Positions 30,634 to 40,285 are shown, numbered from the stretch's first letter. The stretch is DNA of 64,000 bases from Candidatus Enterousia sp. (GCA_045637165.1 JAZTYU010000005.1:11282-75281); one strand, 5' to 3'. Numbers and translations are program-made. Notes: generated from the sequence alone by a model not told the origin.

Positions 30634-31545
30634 TTAATCTTTTGCACGGGGGTGGGCATTGGCATATATGTTTGAAATTTCCGCCATATTGACTTTGGTA
30701 TATAACTGGGTTGTTGACAGCGATGTATGCCCCAATAACTCTTGCAGACTGCGTAAATCTGCACCGCCCGACAACAGTGCAGTTGCAAATGTGTGCCGCA
30801 GTGCGTGCGGCGTTACAAAATCTGGTAATTGCAGATAATGACGCAGGCTTTCAACGACTTTTTCCGCCATACGGGCTGACATAGGCAACCCACGCACACT
30901 GCAAAACACGGGGGCGTTTATTTCATTAGAATATGGACGAACGGATGTGTATTTATCAATTGCATTCCAAACCGCTGGCAATACCGGGACCAGCCTTTCC
31001 TTGTTGCCTTTGCCGACAATATGCAACACGTCAGGTCTATTGCTGATATCACTGTTTTTTAGCCCCAGTGCCTCGGATATTCGCAGACCGCACCCAAACA
31101 GCAGCACAACCAATGCCCAATCACGTGCCGCCACCCACGGATTATTTGCGTCGATAACCTGTATCGCATCGTGCATATTTTCAACATCTATTGGGCTGAT
31201 TGCCTTGGACAGTTTGCGTGGAACTTTGGGCGAAACGATTAAGCCAATCGCATCGTTTTTTATGCCAAATTGTTTTTCGATAAATCTGTAAAAGCCACGT
31301 AATGAAGACAAAGCACGTGCGGTTGATTTATGCGACAGACCACGTCGTTGTCTGTCGGCCAGAAACGCCCTGAAACAAATTGTGTCCGCATGACCTATGT
31401 TGGACAAGTTTGGCGTTTCGCTGGCCCATTTTTGATAGAAAGCCAAAAAGTCTTGTATGTCAATCTGATATGCCGTCGCCGTATGTTCAGAATAGTTCTT
31501 TACGGTTTTAATAAATTCAATAAAGCCGGCGACGGTATGTTCCAT
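30634..31545 (-). CDS. tyrosine recombinase XerC/XerD family
   Basis: R..HxxR..Y catalytic pattern (LRISEAL, HALRHTFAT, LLGHTSLSTTQLYTKV). SAM-like N-domain. 303 aa. Confidence 0.85.
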   Translation of the reverse strand: MEHTVAGFIEFIKTVKNYSEHTATAYQIDIQDFLAFYQKWASETPNLSNIGHADTICFRAFLADRQRRGLSHKSTARALSSLRGFYRFIEKQFGIKNDAIGLIVSPKVPRKLSKAISPIDVENMHDAIQVIDANNPWVAARDWALVVLLFGCGLRISEALGLKNSDISNRPDVLHIVGKGNKERLVPVLPAVWNAIDKYTSVRPYSNEINAPVFCSVRGLPMSARMAEKVVESLRHYLQLPDFVTPHALRHTFATALLSGGADLRSLQELLGHTSLSTTQLYTKVNMAEISNIYANAHPRAKD

Positions 31546-31554
31546 ATGTTGCCT

Positions 31555-32286
31555 TTATTTAATTTCAAATACTGCACTAACAGAAACGGAAACATCAGTA
31601 TCTTTGGAAACAATTGTCCCAGCGGCTGTATCCATCATAGGTGCGGCTGCCACCATCTTGGTCCGCATCAGGTTTACAGGTGCCGTCGTGTCCGAAACAT
31701 TTGTCCCATACGCCACAGATAGCATTTTTCCAGCCTTTTTATTGTCGCCAGCCGCCAGTGCATTTGCACGCACCCGTGCATTTTCAACCGCAACCCCCAG
31801 GCACTTTTCCGTAATCGGTTGTAATACCGCAGGGCTAGAATACATTCGTAAATTTTCAGAATAAACATTTGGCACACCTGAAAATACACCCAAAACATCT
31901 TCGATTGTTGTTATTGAATCTGCCGAAACTTCCATTGCGATTGTTGTTTCAATTCCCAGCGAAACAGACTTTTGTTCGTCCCGATTCCATTCGGTCTTTT
32001 CGTATGAATTGAATTGAGTCGTCTGCATTTCAACCGGCATTTTTTTCAAGTGTTCTGTGATTTCCGCAACTTGTTTGGTTGCCTGTTGCACGGAATTAAC
32101 CGCTGTTGGTGCCAGCACAGTTATCCGCAGTGTGATTGCTGTTTTGTCTTTTGGTGCCGTGGTCAGGCATTCGCCATTAACGGAAATTATTCGTGGTTCT
32201 GAACGTCTTTCCAGCATTCCAAATACCAACGCCATAACGGCGGCAGTTCCAATAACAGTCCCAATCCAAATTAGTGTCTTTTTCAT
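31555..32286 (-). CDS. SIMPL-domain (DUF541, BP26-like) periplasmic protein
   Basis: N-terminal TM/signal. Typical C-terminal VSVSVSAVFEIK. Confidence 0.7.
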   Translation of the reverse strand: MKKTLIWIGTVIGTAAVMALVFGMLERRSEPRIISVNGECLTTAPKDKTAITLRITVLAPTAVNSVQQATKQVAEITEHLKKMPVEMQTTQFNSYEKTEWNRDEQKSVSLGIETTIAMEVSADSITTIEDVLGVFSGVPNVYSENLRMYSSPAVLQPITEKCLGVAVENARVRANALAAGDNKKAGKMLSVAYGTNVSDTTAPVNLMRTKMVAAAPMMDTAAGTIVSKDTDVSVSVSAVFEIK

Positions 32287-32305
32287 ATTCTCTCTCCTGT
32301 TTAAT

Positions 32306-33307
32306 TTACAGTCCCAACATTGCTTTTTTTACACGTTTAACCGTTTCAGATGCAACGGCTTTTGCACGGTCCGCACCTTCTGCCAGAATTTTATCGATTT
32401 CGTCTGTGTGCACCATCAAGCGTTCGTATTCTGCCCGTGGTTTTTCCAAGACAGAGTTGATTTTTTCAAACAGTATTGTTTTTGCAGTGCCGTATCCCAT
32501 ACCACCCCGACGGAACATTTCTGCAAATTCTGCGATTTCCGCATCTGTTGCAAAATGTTTATATAACTGAAAGATGGTTGATTCATCAGGATTCTTTGCT
32601 TCTTCGGGCAGTTTAGAATCTGTTATAATACGCATAATCTTCTTTTTCAGTTCTTTTTCTGGTGCAAACAATGGGATAGTGTTGTCGTATGATTTGCTCA
32701 TTTTTCGACCGTCCAGACCAGGCACTAATCCTGTATCCTGTCCGATAACAGGTTCTGGCAATTTGAATATTTTACCATAGGTATGGTTAAAATATCCTGC
32801 GATATCACGTGCGAACTCAACGTGTTGTTTTTGGTCGGCACCAACTGGCACGATATCAGAGTTATACAACAATATATCCGCACTCATCAGCACAGGGTAT
32901 GTATAAAGCCCCATATTGACACCTGCGTCAACATCATTTCCTGCGGCATTGTTTTTTTCCATTGCGGCCTTGTATGAATGTGCACGATTCATCAGCCCCT
33001 TTGGGGTGATGTTCATCAGGAAAGTATTTAACTGATAGATTTCATCAATATCCGACTGACGGAACAAGATTGCATTGTTCAAATCCAATCCCAACGCAAT
33101 CAACAGTGCAGCGATTTCATAAGTATGCTGTTTAATCTGCGATGCATCAGTGATGGTATTCAATGCGTGCAAGTCAGCGATAAACATAAATGTTTTATTG
33201 CTCTTTGACTGTTCTATCAATGGTTTTAATGCACCAACATAGTTGCCCAAGTGTGGCATACCTGTTGGTTTAATTCCTGTTAAAACTACTTTATCTGTCC
33301 CTGACAT
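32306..33307 (-). CDS. trpS: tryptophanyl-tRNA synthetase
   Basis: HIGH-type PHLGNY, KMSKS. ATG 33307 has an AAAGGA RBS at 8-nt spacing. Confidence 0.95.
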   Translation of the reverse strand: MSGTDKVVLTGIKPTGMPHLGNYVGALKPLIEQSKSNKTFMFIADLHALNTITDASQIKQHTYEIAALLIALGLDLNNAILFRQSDIDEIYQLNTFLMNITPKGLMNRAHSYKAAMEKNNAAGNDVDAGVNMGLYTYPVLMSADILLYNSDIVPVGADQKQHVEFARDIAGYFNHTYGKIFKLPEPVIGQDTGLVPGLDGRKMSKSYDNTIPLFAPEKELKKKIMRIITDSKLPEEAKNPDESTIFQLYKHFATDAEIAEFAEMFRRGGMGYGTAKTILFEKINSVLEKPRAEYERLMVHTDEIDKILAEGADRAKAVASETVKRVKKAMLGL

Positions 33308-33496
33308 AATAAATATCCTTTCATTATTCATATTTTAATGATTTTGTTTTGTAAAATAAAGCCCAAATTTATCAAACACCTTGGACCAGGGTGCAAAAAC
33401 ATATCAGGCGTCAACACGCCAACAATTAAATTCTGCAAAGTTAAAAATGCACTTGCTCATACCCATCATTATAAATACAAAGTATAAAAAATTCAA

Positions 33497-33521
33497 TAAA
33501 AAACGCCCAAACGGGCGTTTT
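33497..33521 (-). terminator. intrinsic terminator after alaS
   Basis: CGCCC-GTTT-GGGCG, followed by T6 on the minus strand, directly after the alaS stop. Confidence 0.75.
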
Positions 33522-33523
33522 GA

Positions 33524-35602
33524 TTATTCTGCTAATGCTCCAACAGACATTGTGATGCGTCGGATGCCGCTGCTGATAGACTTTTCTTTGTTTACTTTGG
33601 CTTTTAATATTTCGCCTGTGTGATAAATGTGTGTTCCGCCACACAATTCGCACGAAACATTGCCTGCGGTAATAACCTTGACGGTATCGCCATATTTTTC
33701 GCCAAACAACGCCATTGCACCCTTTTTGACTGCTTCGTCCAAAGACATTTCTTCGTGTTCAACAGGCATATCCATTGCAATCCATTTGTTTACCAGGTCT
33801 TCTACGGCCTGCTTTTCTTCTGCGGTCATTGCACGACCAAATCGAAAGTCAAAGCGAACGGAATCAGGTGAAACCTTGGACCCACGCTGTTCAACATCTT
33901 CGTTCAAGACGTTGCGTAATGCGGCCTGCAACAGGTGGGTTGCTGTATGTGCACGGGCGGTCTGTTGACGTATTGCCACATTTATAACAGGTTTTACAAC
34001 GTCGCCAACATTCAACTTTTCTGTGATTGTTCCCTTGTGAATGACGACATTATCGACACGTGCAGCCTCGGCTATGTTCATTACAACATTGCCATCACGT
34101 TTCAGTTCACCGCTATCGCCAACCTGACCGCCTTGTGTTCCATAGAATACCGTTTTGTCCAATGCAACTTCGACCTCATCGCCTGGATTGGCAGTCTGAA
34201 CAAATTCCCCATTACACAGGATTGACAATACCTTTGATTCCATATCTACTGGTGCATATTTGGCAGTATCATCTGTGTCTGCTAAATCCGTCTGCGATTC
34301 CCAGAATATCCGTGTTCCTTTGGTGTTTGCACGACTGCGTTCTTTTTGTTCTGCCATAGACTTTTCAAACCCAGCGACATCAACATCGATATTGCGGTCT
34401 CGCAAAATCATCTGGGTCAAATCCAGCGGAAATCCGTATGTATCAAACAGTTTAAATGCGACATCCCCTGGCAGAACAGCGTTGTTTAACTTTGGTATTT
34501 CGTTTTCCAATAACTTCATACCGTTTTGCAACATATCTGCAAAAGAATTTTCTTCGTTCTGGATAATTTCAATAACACGATTTTGTTCACGTGCCAGTTC
34601 TGGATATGCTTCACCCATTTCTGTAATCAGGGCAGGGTATAATTTTGACAGCAACGCCCCCTTGTGTCCCAAGATTTGACCATGTCGCATTGCACGACGC
34701 AAAATACGACGAATAACATATCCACGGTCTGTATTTGATGGAATCACACCGTCTGCGATTGCAAAGCCTACACTACGCAAGTGGTCAGTAATAACCTTGA
34801 AACTGGCGACATTTTCGTTTGTTTCTGCAACGCCTGTGATATCAGACACTGCACGTTTCAAATTTACAAACAAATCTGTGTCATAGTTGTCTGTTTTGCC
34901 TTGTAATATTGATGCAAAGCGTTCCAATCCCGCCCCTGTATCGACATTTTGTTTTGGCAGTGGTGTTAAATTTCCGTTTGCATCACGGTCATATTGCATG
35001 AACACGTCGTTCCAGATTTCAACCCAGCGGCCACCGTCTTCATTTTCACTGCCTGGCATTCCTCCTGGCAAATCCGCCCCCATATCATAGTGCATTTCTG
35101 TGCATGGACCACATGGGCCGGTATCTCCTGCCGACCACCAGTTGTCTTTGTCGCCCAACAAAATTGCGTCCTTGCCAGCAACTTTTTTCCAGATTTTTAC
35201 TGCCTCATCATCGCTATAATGCGTTGTAACAACAATTCTGTTTGGGTCCAGACCAAAAACCTTGGTCAACAATTCCCAAGACATTTCGATTGCACCTTCT
35301 TTGAAATAGTCCCCAAAAGACCAGTTTCCCAACATTTCAAAGAACGTATGATGACGACCGTCAAATCCGACATCTTCCAGGTCGTTGTGTTTGCCACCTG
35401 CACGGATGCATTTCTGAACGTCTGCCACACGTGGTGCAAATGCAGGTTCTGTTCCTTGTAAAATCCCTTTCCATGGCACCATACCTGCCACTGTAAACAA
35501 CAAAGTAGGGTCGTTTGGAATCAGTGATGCAGATGGAACGATTTTATGCCCCTTGGATTCAAAATACTCTAAAAAAGCCTTGCGTATATCATTATATTTC
35601 AT
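33524..35602 (-). CDS. alaS: alanyl-tRNA synthetase, short form lacking the C-Ala domain
   Basis: HHTFFEMLGNWSFGDYFK. Editing-domain HxxxH/CxxxH motifs (AHTATHLL..., CGGTH). The ORF ends at ...SSGIRRITMSVGALAE, 692 aa. Confidence 0.93.
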   Translation of the reverse strand: MKYNDIRKAFLEYFESKGHKIVPSASLIPNDPTLLFTVAGMVPWKGILQGTEPAFAPRVADVQKCIRAGGKHNDLEDVGFDGRHHTFFEMLGNWSFGDYFKEGAIEMSWELLTKVFGLDPNRIVVTTHYSDDEAVKIWKKVAGKDAILLGDKDNWWSAGDTGPCGPCTEMHYDMGADLPGGMPGSENEDGGRWVEIWNDVFMQYDRDANGNLTPLPKQNVDTGAGLERFASILQGKTDNYDTDLFVNLKRAVSDITGVAETNENVASFKVITDHLRSVGFAIADGVIPSNTDRGYVIRRILRRAMRHGQILGHKGALLSKLYPALITEMGEAYPELAREQNRVIEIIQNEENSFADMLQNGMKLLENEIPKLNNAVLPGDVAFKLFDTYGFPLDLTQMILRDRNIDVDVAGFEKSMAEQKERSRANTKGTRIFWESQTDLADTDDTAKYAPVDMESKVLSILCNGEFVQTANPGDEVEVALDKTVFYGTQGGQVGDSGELKRDGNVVMNIAEAARVDNVVIHKGTITEKLNVGDVVKPVINVAIRQQTARAHTATHLLQAALRNVLNEDVEQRGSKVSPDSVRFDFRFGRAMTAEEKQAVEDLVNKWIAMDMPVEHEEMSLDEAVKKGAMALFGEKYGDTVKVITAGNVSCELCGGTHIYHTGEILKAKVNKEKSISSGIRRITMSVGALAE

Positions 35603-35697
35603 ATCTGTTTCCCTTTATTTCGGGGGTATTGTATAAATATTCCCCCATTGTTTCAATCATATATTTTAATTTTTATGAAAAATATCAAATGTCAGTA

Positions 35698-36513
35698 TTA
35701 TTGCCCCACCGGGGCGGCACCTGTGTTGATACCCAGTGCCGCATAAATTATCTGGTTGCATTCAGAAATAAAACGTTTTTCCAATTCTGTCTGATTTTTG
35801 TTTGTTTTTGATTCTTTTTGATTTTTGCTGAATTTCATAGTAATACAACTAACAGAATCCATATAAATCGGCATTGTGTTGGGATTTTTTTCATGTGCAA
35901 TGATATTTAGTGCTGACCACATCAGCATATCTACAGGCACACCAACCCCCAGCGGCTCATTAGTGTTCAAAAAATCTGCAATATTGTCATTTAGGACACG
36001 ACCCATATCCAATGCCAACGCCAACCGCACTGCGGTTCCTTTCATACCAATGCTGGGACGCAACATACAGACGTTTTCGTTATCTATGACATAGTCAGTT
36101 GGACTTTTCATTATCCGCAGGACATTGTTCAGTTGCTGTTTTACAACAACGATATTTTGTATAACTGCGAAAATATCATTTGAAACACGTGGGATTTTGA
36201 TGTCCAGCAACACATCGTCATCATTTGTAAAGATAAACCATTTCGCTTTTAACTTTTTCTGGGCGACAAAATCCAAAATCGCCAATCTGGAACGCAGCTT
36301 CCCGACATTTGAATCGCTGTTGATTATGTGCAATTTGCCACGATATCCCAATTTTCGGATTTGTCGTTTGGAAATTTTAGTTTCGGGATTGTCGTTATGG
36401 ATTATCAGTATGATTTTGCGTTTTATTCGTGCCAATGCCGGTATTGACATCCCCAAATATTCATTATATCTGGTTGTCAGACCTATAATAATATCCGCAC
36501 TTTTCCTAAACAT
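35698..36513 (-). CDS. hypothetical protein, possibly a GT-A-fold glycosyltransferase
   Basis: IIIGLTT...SIPAL...IILIIHNDN and FTNDDDVL (DxD-like). TATAAT lies 6 nt upstream of ATG 36513. Alternative ATG at 36549. Confidence 0.4.
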   Translation of the reverse strand: MFRKSADIIIGLTTRYNEYLGMSIPALARIKRKIILIIHNDNPETKISKRQIRKLGYRGKLHIINSDSNVGKLRSRLAILDFVAQKKLKAKWFIFTNDDDVLLDIKIPRVSNDIFAVIQNIVVVKQQLNNVLRIMKSPTDYVIDNENVCMLRPSIGMKGTAVRLALALDMGRVLNDNIADFLNTNEPLGVGVPVDMLMWSALNIIAHEKNPNTMPIYMDSVSCITMKFSKNQKESKTNKNQTELEKRFISECNQIIYAALGINTGAAPVGQ

Positions 36514-36598
36514 ACGAAAATTATAGCATAATAATTTGAAAAATTGCAAATATATACTTGTTTATGATATAATAAAAACTGTTCAAAAGGGGAATTTG

Positions 36599-37075
36599 AT
36601 GAAGCCAACAATGTTATTCGCAGTGGTATTATTAACGATTATTGTTTTGATGTCATCGTTTGGAATACAGCTGTCGCCGTCAGAGCCATTGGCACTATCT
36701 GCATCTGCGGCACCAAATACATTGTTTATATGTCCTGCGGCCAGCAACACTTGGGATACATTGGCAAATGGGCTGAGGCAGTTTACCCGACCATTGATGA
36801 TAGGTTTCTTTTTTGCGTTGATATTGTTGTGCTTTTCGTGGGCATGGGCAATGTATCAGAATTTATTAAAAGACAAATTTGTTCGTGATGCGTTTAAGAC
36901 ACCATGGGCAGCGACCAAGTTATTATTCTGGGCGGTTGTATTGGTTTCGATGTTGGTGTTGACACCAAATTATTTTCGCAGTGTTCAGGTCAGTGGTCGT
37001 GCAGGGCAGTGGGTTTTGTGCGAAAATAACACACCTGGGGCCCTTGCAGTGCCTGCTGACAGCGTTCATCGCTAA
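36599..37075 (+). CDS. hypothetical secreted/membrane protein (signal peptide plus 2 TM)
   Basis: AAAGGGGA RBS. Signal-like MKPTMLFAVVLLTIIVLMSSFG, then two hydrophobic helices. Confidence 0.5.
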   Translation: MKPTMLFAVVLLTIIVLMSSFGIQLSPSEPLALSASAAPNTLFICPAASNTWDTLANGLRQFTRPLMIGFFFALILLCFSWAWAMYQNLLKDKFVRDAFKTPWAATKLLFWAVVLVSMLVLTPNYFRSVQVSGRAGQWVLCENNTPGALAVPADSVHR

Positions 37076-37124
37076 GACATAATTTGTCAACAATGCAAAA
37101 ATCGGGGCTTTTTTAATTATTGTC

Positions 37125-37153
37125 TTGACATAAACGGCGGATTTCTTTACGAT
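37125..37153 (+). promoter_or_regulatory. sigma-70 promoter of the HU gene
   Basis: TTGACA-N17-TACGAT. Confidence 0.5.
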
Positions 37154-37230
37154 TCGGACAAGCAGTAACATAAATGTCCTTTGGAACTGCGGGACACCAT
37201 AAATAAAAAATTCTATGAAAGGAGAAACAA

Positions 37231-37503
37231 ATGAACAAACAACAACTGATTGAAGCAATCGCAAATGAAGTTGACGTAACCAAGGCAACAGCTGCTGCAT
37301 GCTTGGATGCATTCATCAACACAGTTACAAAAGTTTTGAAAAAGAAAGGCGAAGTTCGTTTGGTTGGTTTTGGCACATTTGCAACTGCAAAACGCAAAGC
37401 CACAACAGGTCGTAATCCTCAGACAGGCGATGCAATCAAAATCCCTGCTTCTACACAGCCAAAGTTCAAGCCAGGTAAAGCATTGAAAGAAGCTTTGAAC
37501 TAA
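37231..37503 (+). CDS. hup: DNA-binding protein HU
   Basis: MNKQQLIEAIA...GFGTF....R.A..GRNPQTG..I.IPA...P.FK.GK.LK. Confidence 0.95.
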   Translation: MNKQQLIEAIANEVDVTKATAAACLDAFINTVTKVLKKKGEVRLVGFGTFATAKRKATTGRNPQTGDAIKIPASTQPKFKPGKALKEALN

Positions 37504-37519
37504 GAAACTGTAAAGTTTA

Positions 37520-37550
37520 TAAAAAACGTCCCGATTGGGGCGTTTTTTTT
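37520..37550 (+). terminator. intrinsic terminator after hup
   Basis: CGTCCC-GATT-GGGGCG, followed by T8. Confidence 0.8.
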
Positions 37551-37806
37551 ATTGGCTTGATTTTAGTTAAAAATGCACTATTATATAGTGTGTAGATAAC
37601 AAGAATGTAGGTTTGTTTGCAGTTTTTTTCTGCACACAAGTGGAATTTATCCCTGTGTCTTTATTTTTAATAATAAAATACCATAGGGGTGCATAATGTC
37701 GCACGGCCTGGGATTCACTACGGATAAAGGCGGAACAGAACCAAGGTCTTTATTGGCAATGAATTTTACGGCCGTGCAAATGTAAAACACTAAAAAAGGA
37801 AAATAA

Positions 37807-39603
37807 ATGGTAAAAGTCCGTGAAAAAAAGACAGCACCCACCAAGGGTGAAAAACCAAAAACACCACGTGCAATACGTGGAATGAACAAGCATGAAACAG
37901 ATGCAAACGATGACAAGATTTATTTTATGGCCTTGGGTGGTTTGGAACACATTGGCCAGAATATGTATGTCTATAAATATCGTGGTAAATATCTGGTTGT
38001 TGATTGCGGTATGGGCTTCCTGGACGAAGAAATCGGGGCAGGGGATGTTCAATACTGTGATACAGCCTGGTTGGAAAAACGCAAGAAAGACGTTGTTGGC
38101 TTTGTGATTACACACGGCCACGAAGACCATATTGGTGCATTAAAATACATTTGGCCAAAATTCAGAAAGCCGATTTATTGCACTCGTTTCCCGGCGGAAA
38201 TCTTGCGTCAGACATTCAAGGGAATCGAACTGGATTTCAATCCGAACATAGATATCGTTGAATTTGACCACCAGGGTGCAATATTAAATTTAGATCCTTT
38301 TACGGTCGAGACGTTTCATGTGTCTCACTCGGTGCCAGAGGCACAGATGCTGATTATCCAAACCCCGTCGGGCAAGATATTGCATACTGGCGACTGGACC
38401 TTTAACGATGACATTCCAATCGAAGCACCAACCAATTTTGACCGTTTGGCATCAATTGGTTCTGACCCTAAATTGTTGGCGTGTATGTGTGATTCGACAA
38501 ATTCATCACGTCAAACGAAACAGACAACTGAAACCCAGGTTCGTGAAACTCTGACAGAAATTATGAAAAATGCCCCCGGACGTGTTTTGGTAACAGGTTA
38601 TTCACGCAGTTTGGCACGTATGAAAATGTTTGCCCAGGCTGCCCGTGCCGCTGGTCGTGTTGCTGCGATAAAAGAACGCAGTAATCCAAATCCTGTGCCA
38701 TACGTTGGTTTGCCAGAATTCCGTGAAATGGGCATAAAGTTTGGTTATATCAACAAAGACGATGTTTATCTGCACAGCGAAATCAAAGACCTGCCAGCAG
38801 AAAAACAGGCAATATTCTTGACGGGTTCCCAGGGGGAAAAGTTTGCTATGTTGACACGTTTGTGCCATGGTCAGGTCAAAGAATTAAAATTACAGCCAAC
38901 TGATACAGTTGTATTCAGTGCTATTATTATCCCAGGACGTGAACAAGACGTTTCTGCCTTGTATAATAAATTGGCACGTATGGGTGTAAAAACACACACA
39001 ATCTTTGACACAGATAATTTGCACGCCAGTGGCCATGCCGGTCGCCCAGAGCTGGAACGTCTTTACGACATGGTTCATCCCCAGGTTTCTGTTCCAATGC
39101 ACGGTGATTATATCAACGAAATGTTGAATGGAAAGATGGCGATGGAACGTGGCGGTGCAAAACACATGATGATTGTTCATAACGGTGAAATGGTTGCATT
39201 GTCGGACGGTGCAGAACCATATGTTGCCGAAACAATACCAACCAGTTATGTTGTAATGGAAGGGGAAACAGAACGCAGTGCCAACGACCAGGTTTATAAA
39301 AACCGCAAGAAAATTGCGTCAAACGGTGCAGTGTTTGTAACATTACCTGTGGACAAGCGTGGATTCTTAAAAGGCACACCTGAGGTTTCCAGTGCCGGTA
39401 TCTTTGAAACTGACGAAACGGGCTTTATGAAACGTCAGATTCAGATTGAGATTACACGTGCGATTGATGGTTTGACCAAAACAGAACGCAAGGATAAAAA
39501 TAATTTGATACGTGCTGTCCAGGTTGCCTCTAACAAGGTTGTTCGTGCGGCACTTGGTGCGGACAAGAAACCACAATACAGTGTTCACTTTGTTCAGAAA
39601 TAA
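37807..39603 (+). CDS. rnj: ribonuclease J
   Basis: MBL motif THGHEDHIG, beta-CASP, and a C-terminal domain. 598 aa. Confidence 0.9.
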   Translation: MVKVREKKTAPTKGEKPKTPRAIRGMNKHETDANDDKIYFMALGGLEHIGQNMYVYKYRGKYLVVDCGMGFLDEEIGAGDVQYCDTAWLEKRKKDVVGFVITHGHEDHIGALKYIWPKFRKPIYCTRFPAEILRQTFKGIELDFNPNIDIVEFDHQGAILNLDPFTVETFHVSHSVPEAQMLIIQTPSGKILHTGDWTFNDDIPIEAPTNFDRLASIGSDPKLLACMCDSTNSSRQTKQTTETQVRETLTEIMKNAPGRVLVTGYSRSLARMKMFAQAARAAGRVAAIKERSNPNPVPYVGLPEFREMGIKFGYINKDDVYLHSEIKDLPAEKQAIFLTGSQGEKFAMLTRLCHGQVKELKLQPTDTVVFSAIIIPGREQDVSALYNKLARMGVKTHTIFDTDNLHASGHAGRPELERLYDMVHPQVSVPMHGDYINEMLNGKMAMERGGAKHMMIVHNGEMVALSDGAEPYVAETIPTSYVVMEGETERSANDQVYKNRKKIASNGAVFVTLPVDKRGFLKGTPEVSSAGIFETDETGFMKRQIQIEITRAIDGLTKTERKDKNNLIRAVQVASNKVVRAALGADKKPQYSVHFVQK

Positions 39604-39630
39604 AAAATTCCCCCATTTGGGGGAATTTTT
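39602..39630 (+). terminator. intrinsic terminator after rnj
   Basis: TTCCCCC-ATTT-GGGGGAA, followed by TTTTT. Confidence 0.8.
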
Positions 39631-39692
39631 ACTTTACATATTTTTTTTAATTGAATACAATCACAACGTCATACAAACAAAGGAAAGGACAA

Positions 39693-40220
39693 ATGGCAGA
39701 AAAAACAACAAAAAAACCAGTTGCAAAAACTGCAACTACTAAAAAAACAGTTTCTAAACCAGCGGTGGCTAAAAAGCCAACTGCTAAAAAAACAGTAACA
39801 AAGAAAGCCCCGGAAATCAAGGTTGTTGCATCTGCACCAATTGTTGAAAAGCACGCATGTGGCTGTGGTCATGATTGTGCATGCGGTGGCGAATGTGCAT
39901 GTGCAAAAAAGAAATGCACATTTGGTCGTTTCTTTAAGAAGGTTGTTTTATTCTTGATTGTCTTTGCGATGGGTTTTGCAACTGCAAAAATGTGCTGCTG
40001 CAAAAAGTTCGGCAAGATGGGACCACGTCCTGAATTTGATAACGGCTGTTTGGTTGTAAAATGTCCAAAAATGGCTGAAAAGGTTGCAATGATGGACGTT
40101 AACCAAGACGGTTGTGTTTCTCCTGAAGAGTTCAAGGCTGCACGCAAAATGATGAAACACAGACCAGAAATGCCAGCAGAACAGCCGGTTGAACAACCTG
40201 CACCAGAAATGGCAGAATAA
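39693..40220 (+). CDS. composite protein: Lys/Ala-rich N-tail, CxC cysteine cluster, TM helix, canonical EF-hand
   Basis: AGGAAAGGA RBS. KKPVAKTATTKKTVSKPAVAKKPTAKKTVTKKAP; HACGCGHDCACGGECACAKKKC; TM VVLFLIVFAMGFA; EF loop DVNQDGCVSPEEF. Confidence 0.6.
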   Translation: MAEKTTKKPVAKTATTKKTVSKPAVAKKPTAKKTVTKKAPEIKVVASAPIVEKHACGCGHDCACGGECACAKKKCTFGRFFKKVVLFLIVFAMGFATAKMCCCKKFGKMGPRPEFDNGCLVVKCPKMAEKVAMMDVNQDGCVSPEEFKAARKMMKHRPEMPAEQPVEQPAPEMAE

Positions 40221-40241
40221 AAATCGAATAACGATATAATG

Positions 40242-40266
40242 AAACCGCCATTTTGGCGGTTTTTTA
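40242..40266 (+). terminator. intrinsic terminator
   Basis: ACCGCCA-TTT-TGGCGGT, followed by T5. Confidence 0.75.
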
Positions 40267-40285
40267 TATAAAAAAGCAGGACGGC

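Noticed and set aside
30634-31545. Tyrosine recombinase as a marker of a mobile element
   Set aside because: Its length, SAM-like N-domain and C-terminal LLGHTSLSTTQLYTKV are XerC/XerD-like. It is flanked by rpsD and housekeeping genes, with no repeats or cargo.
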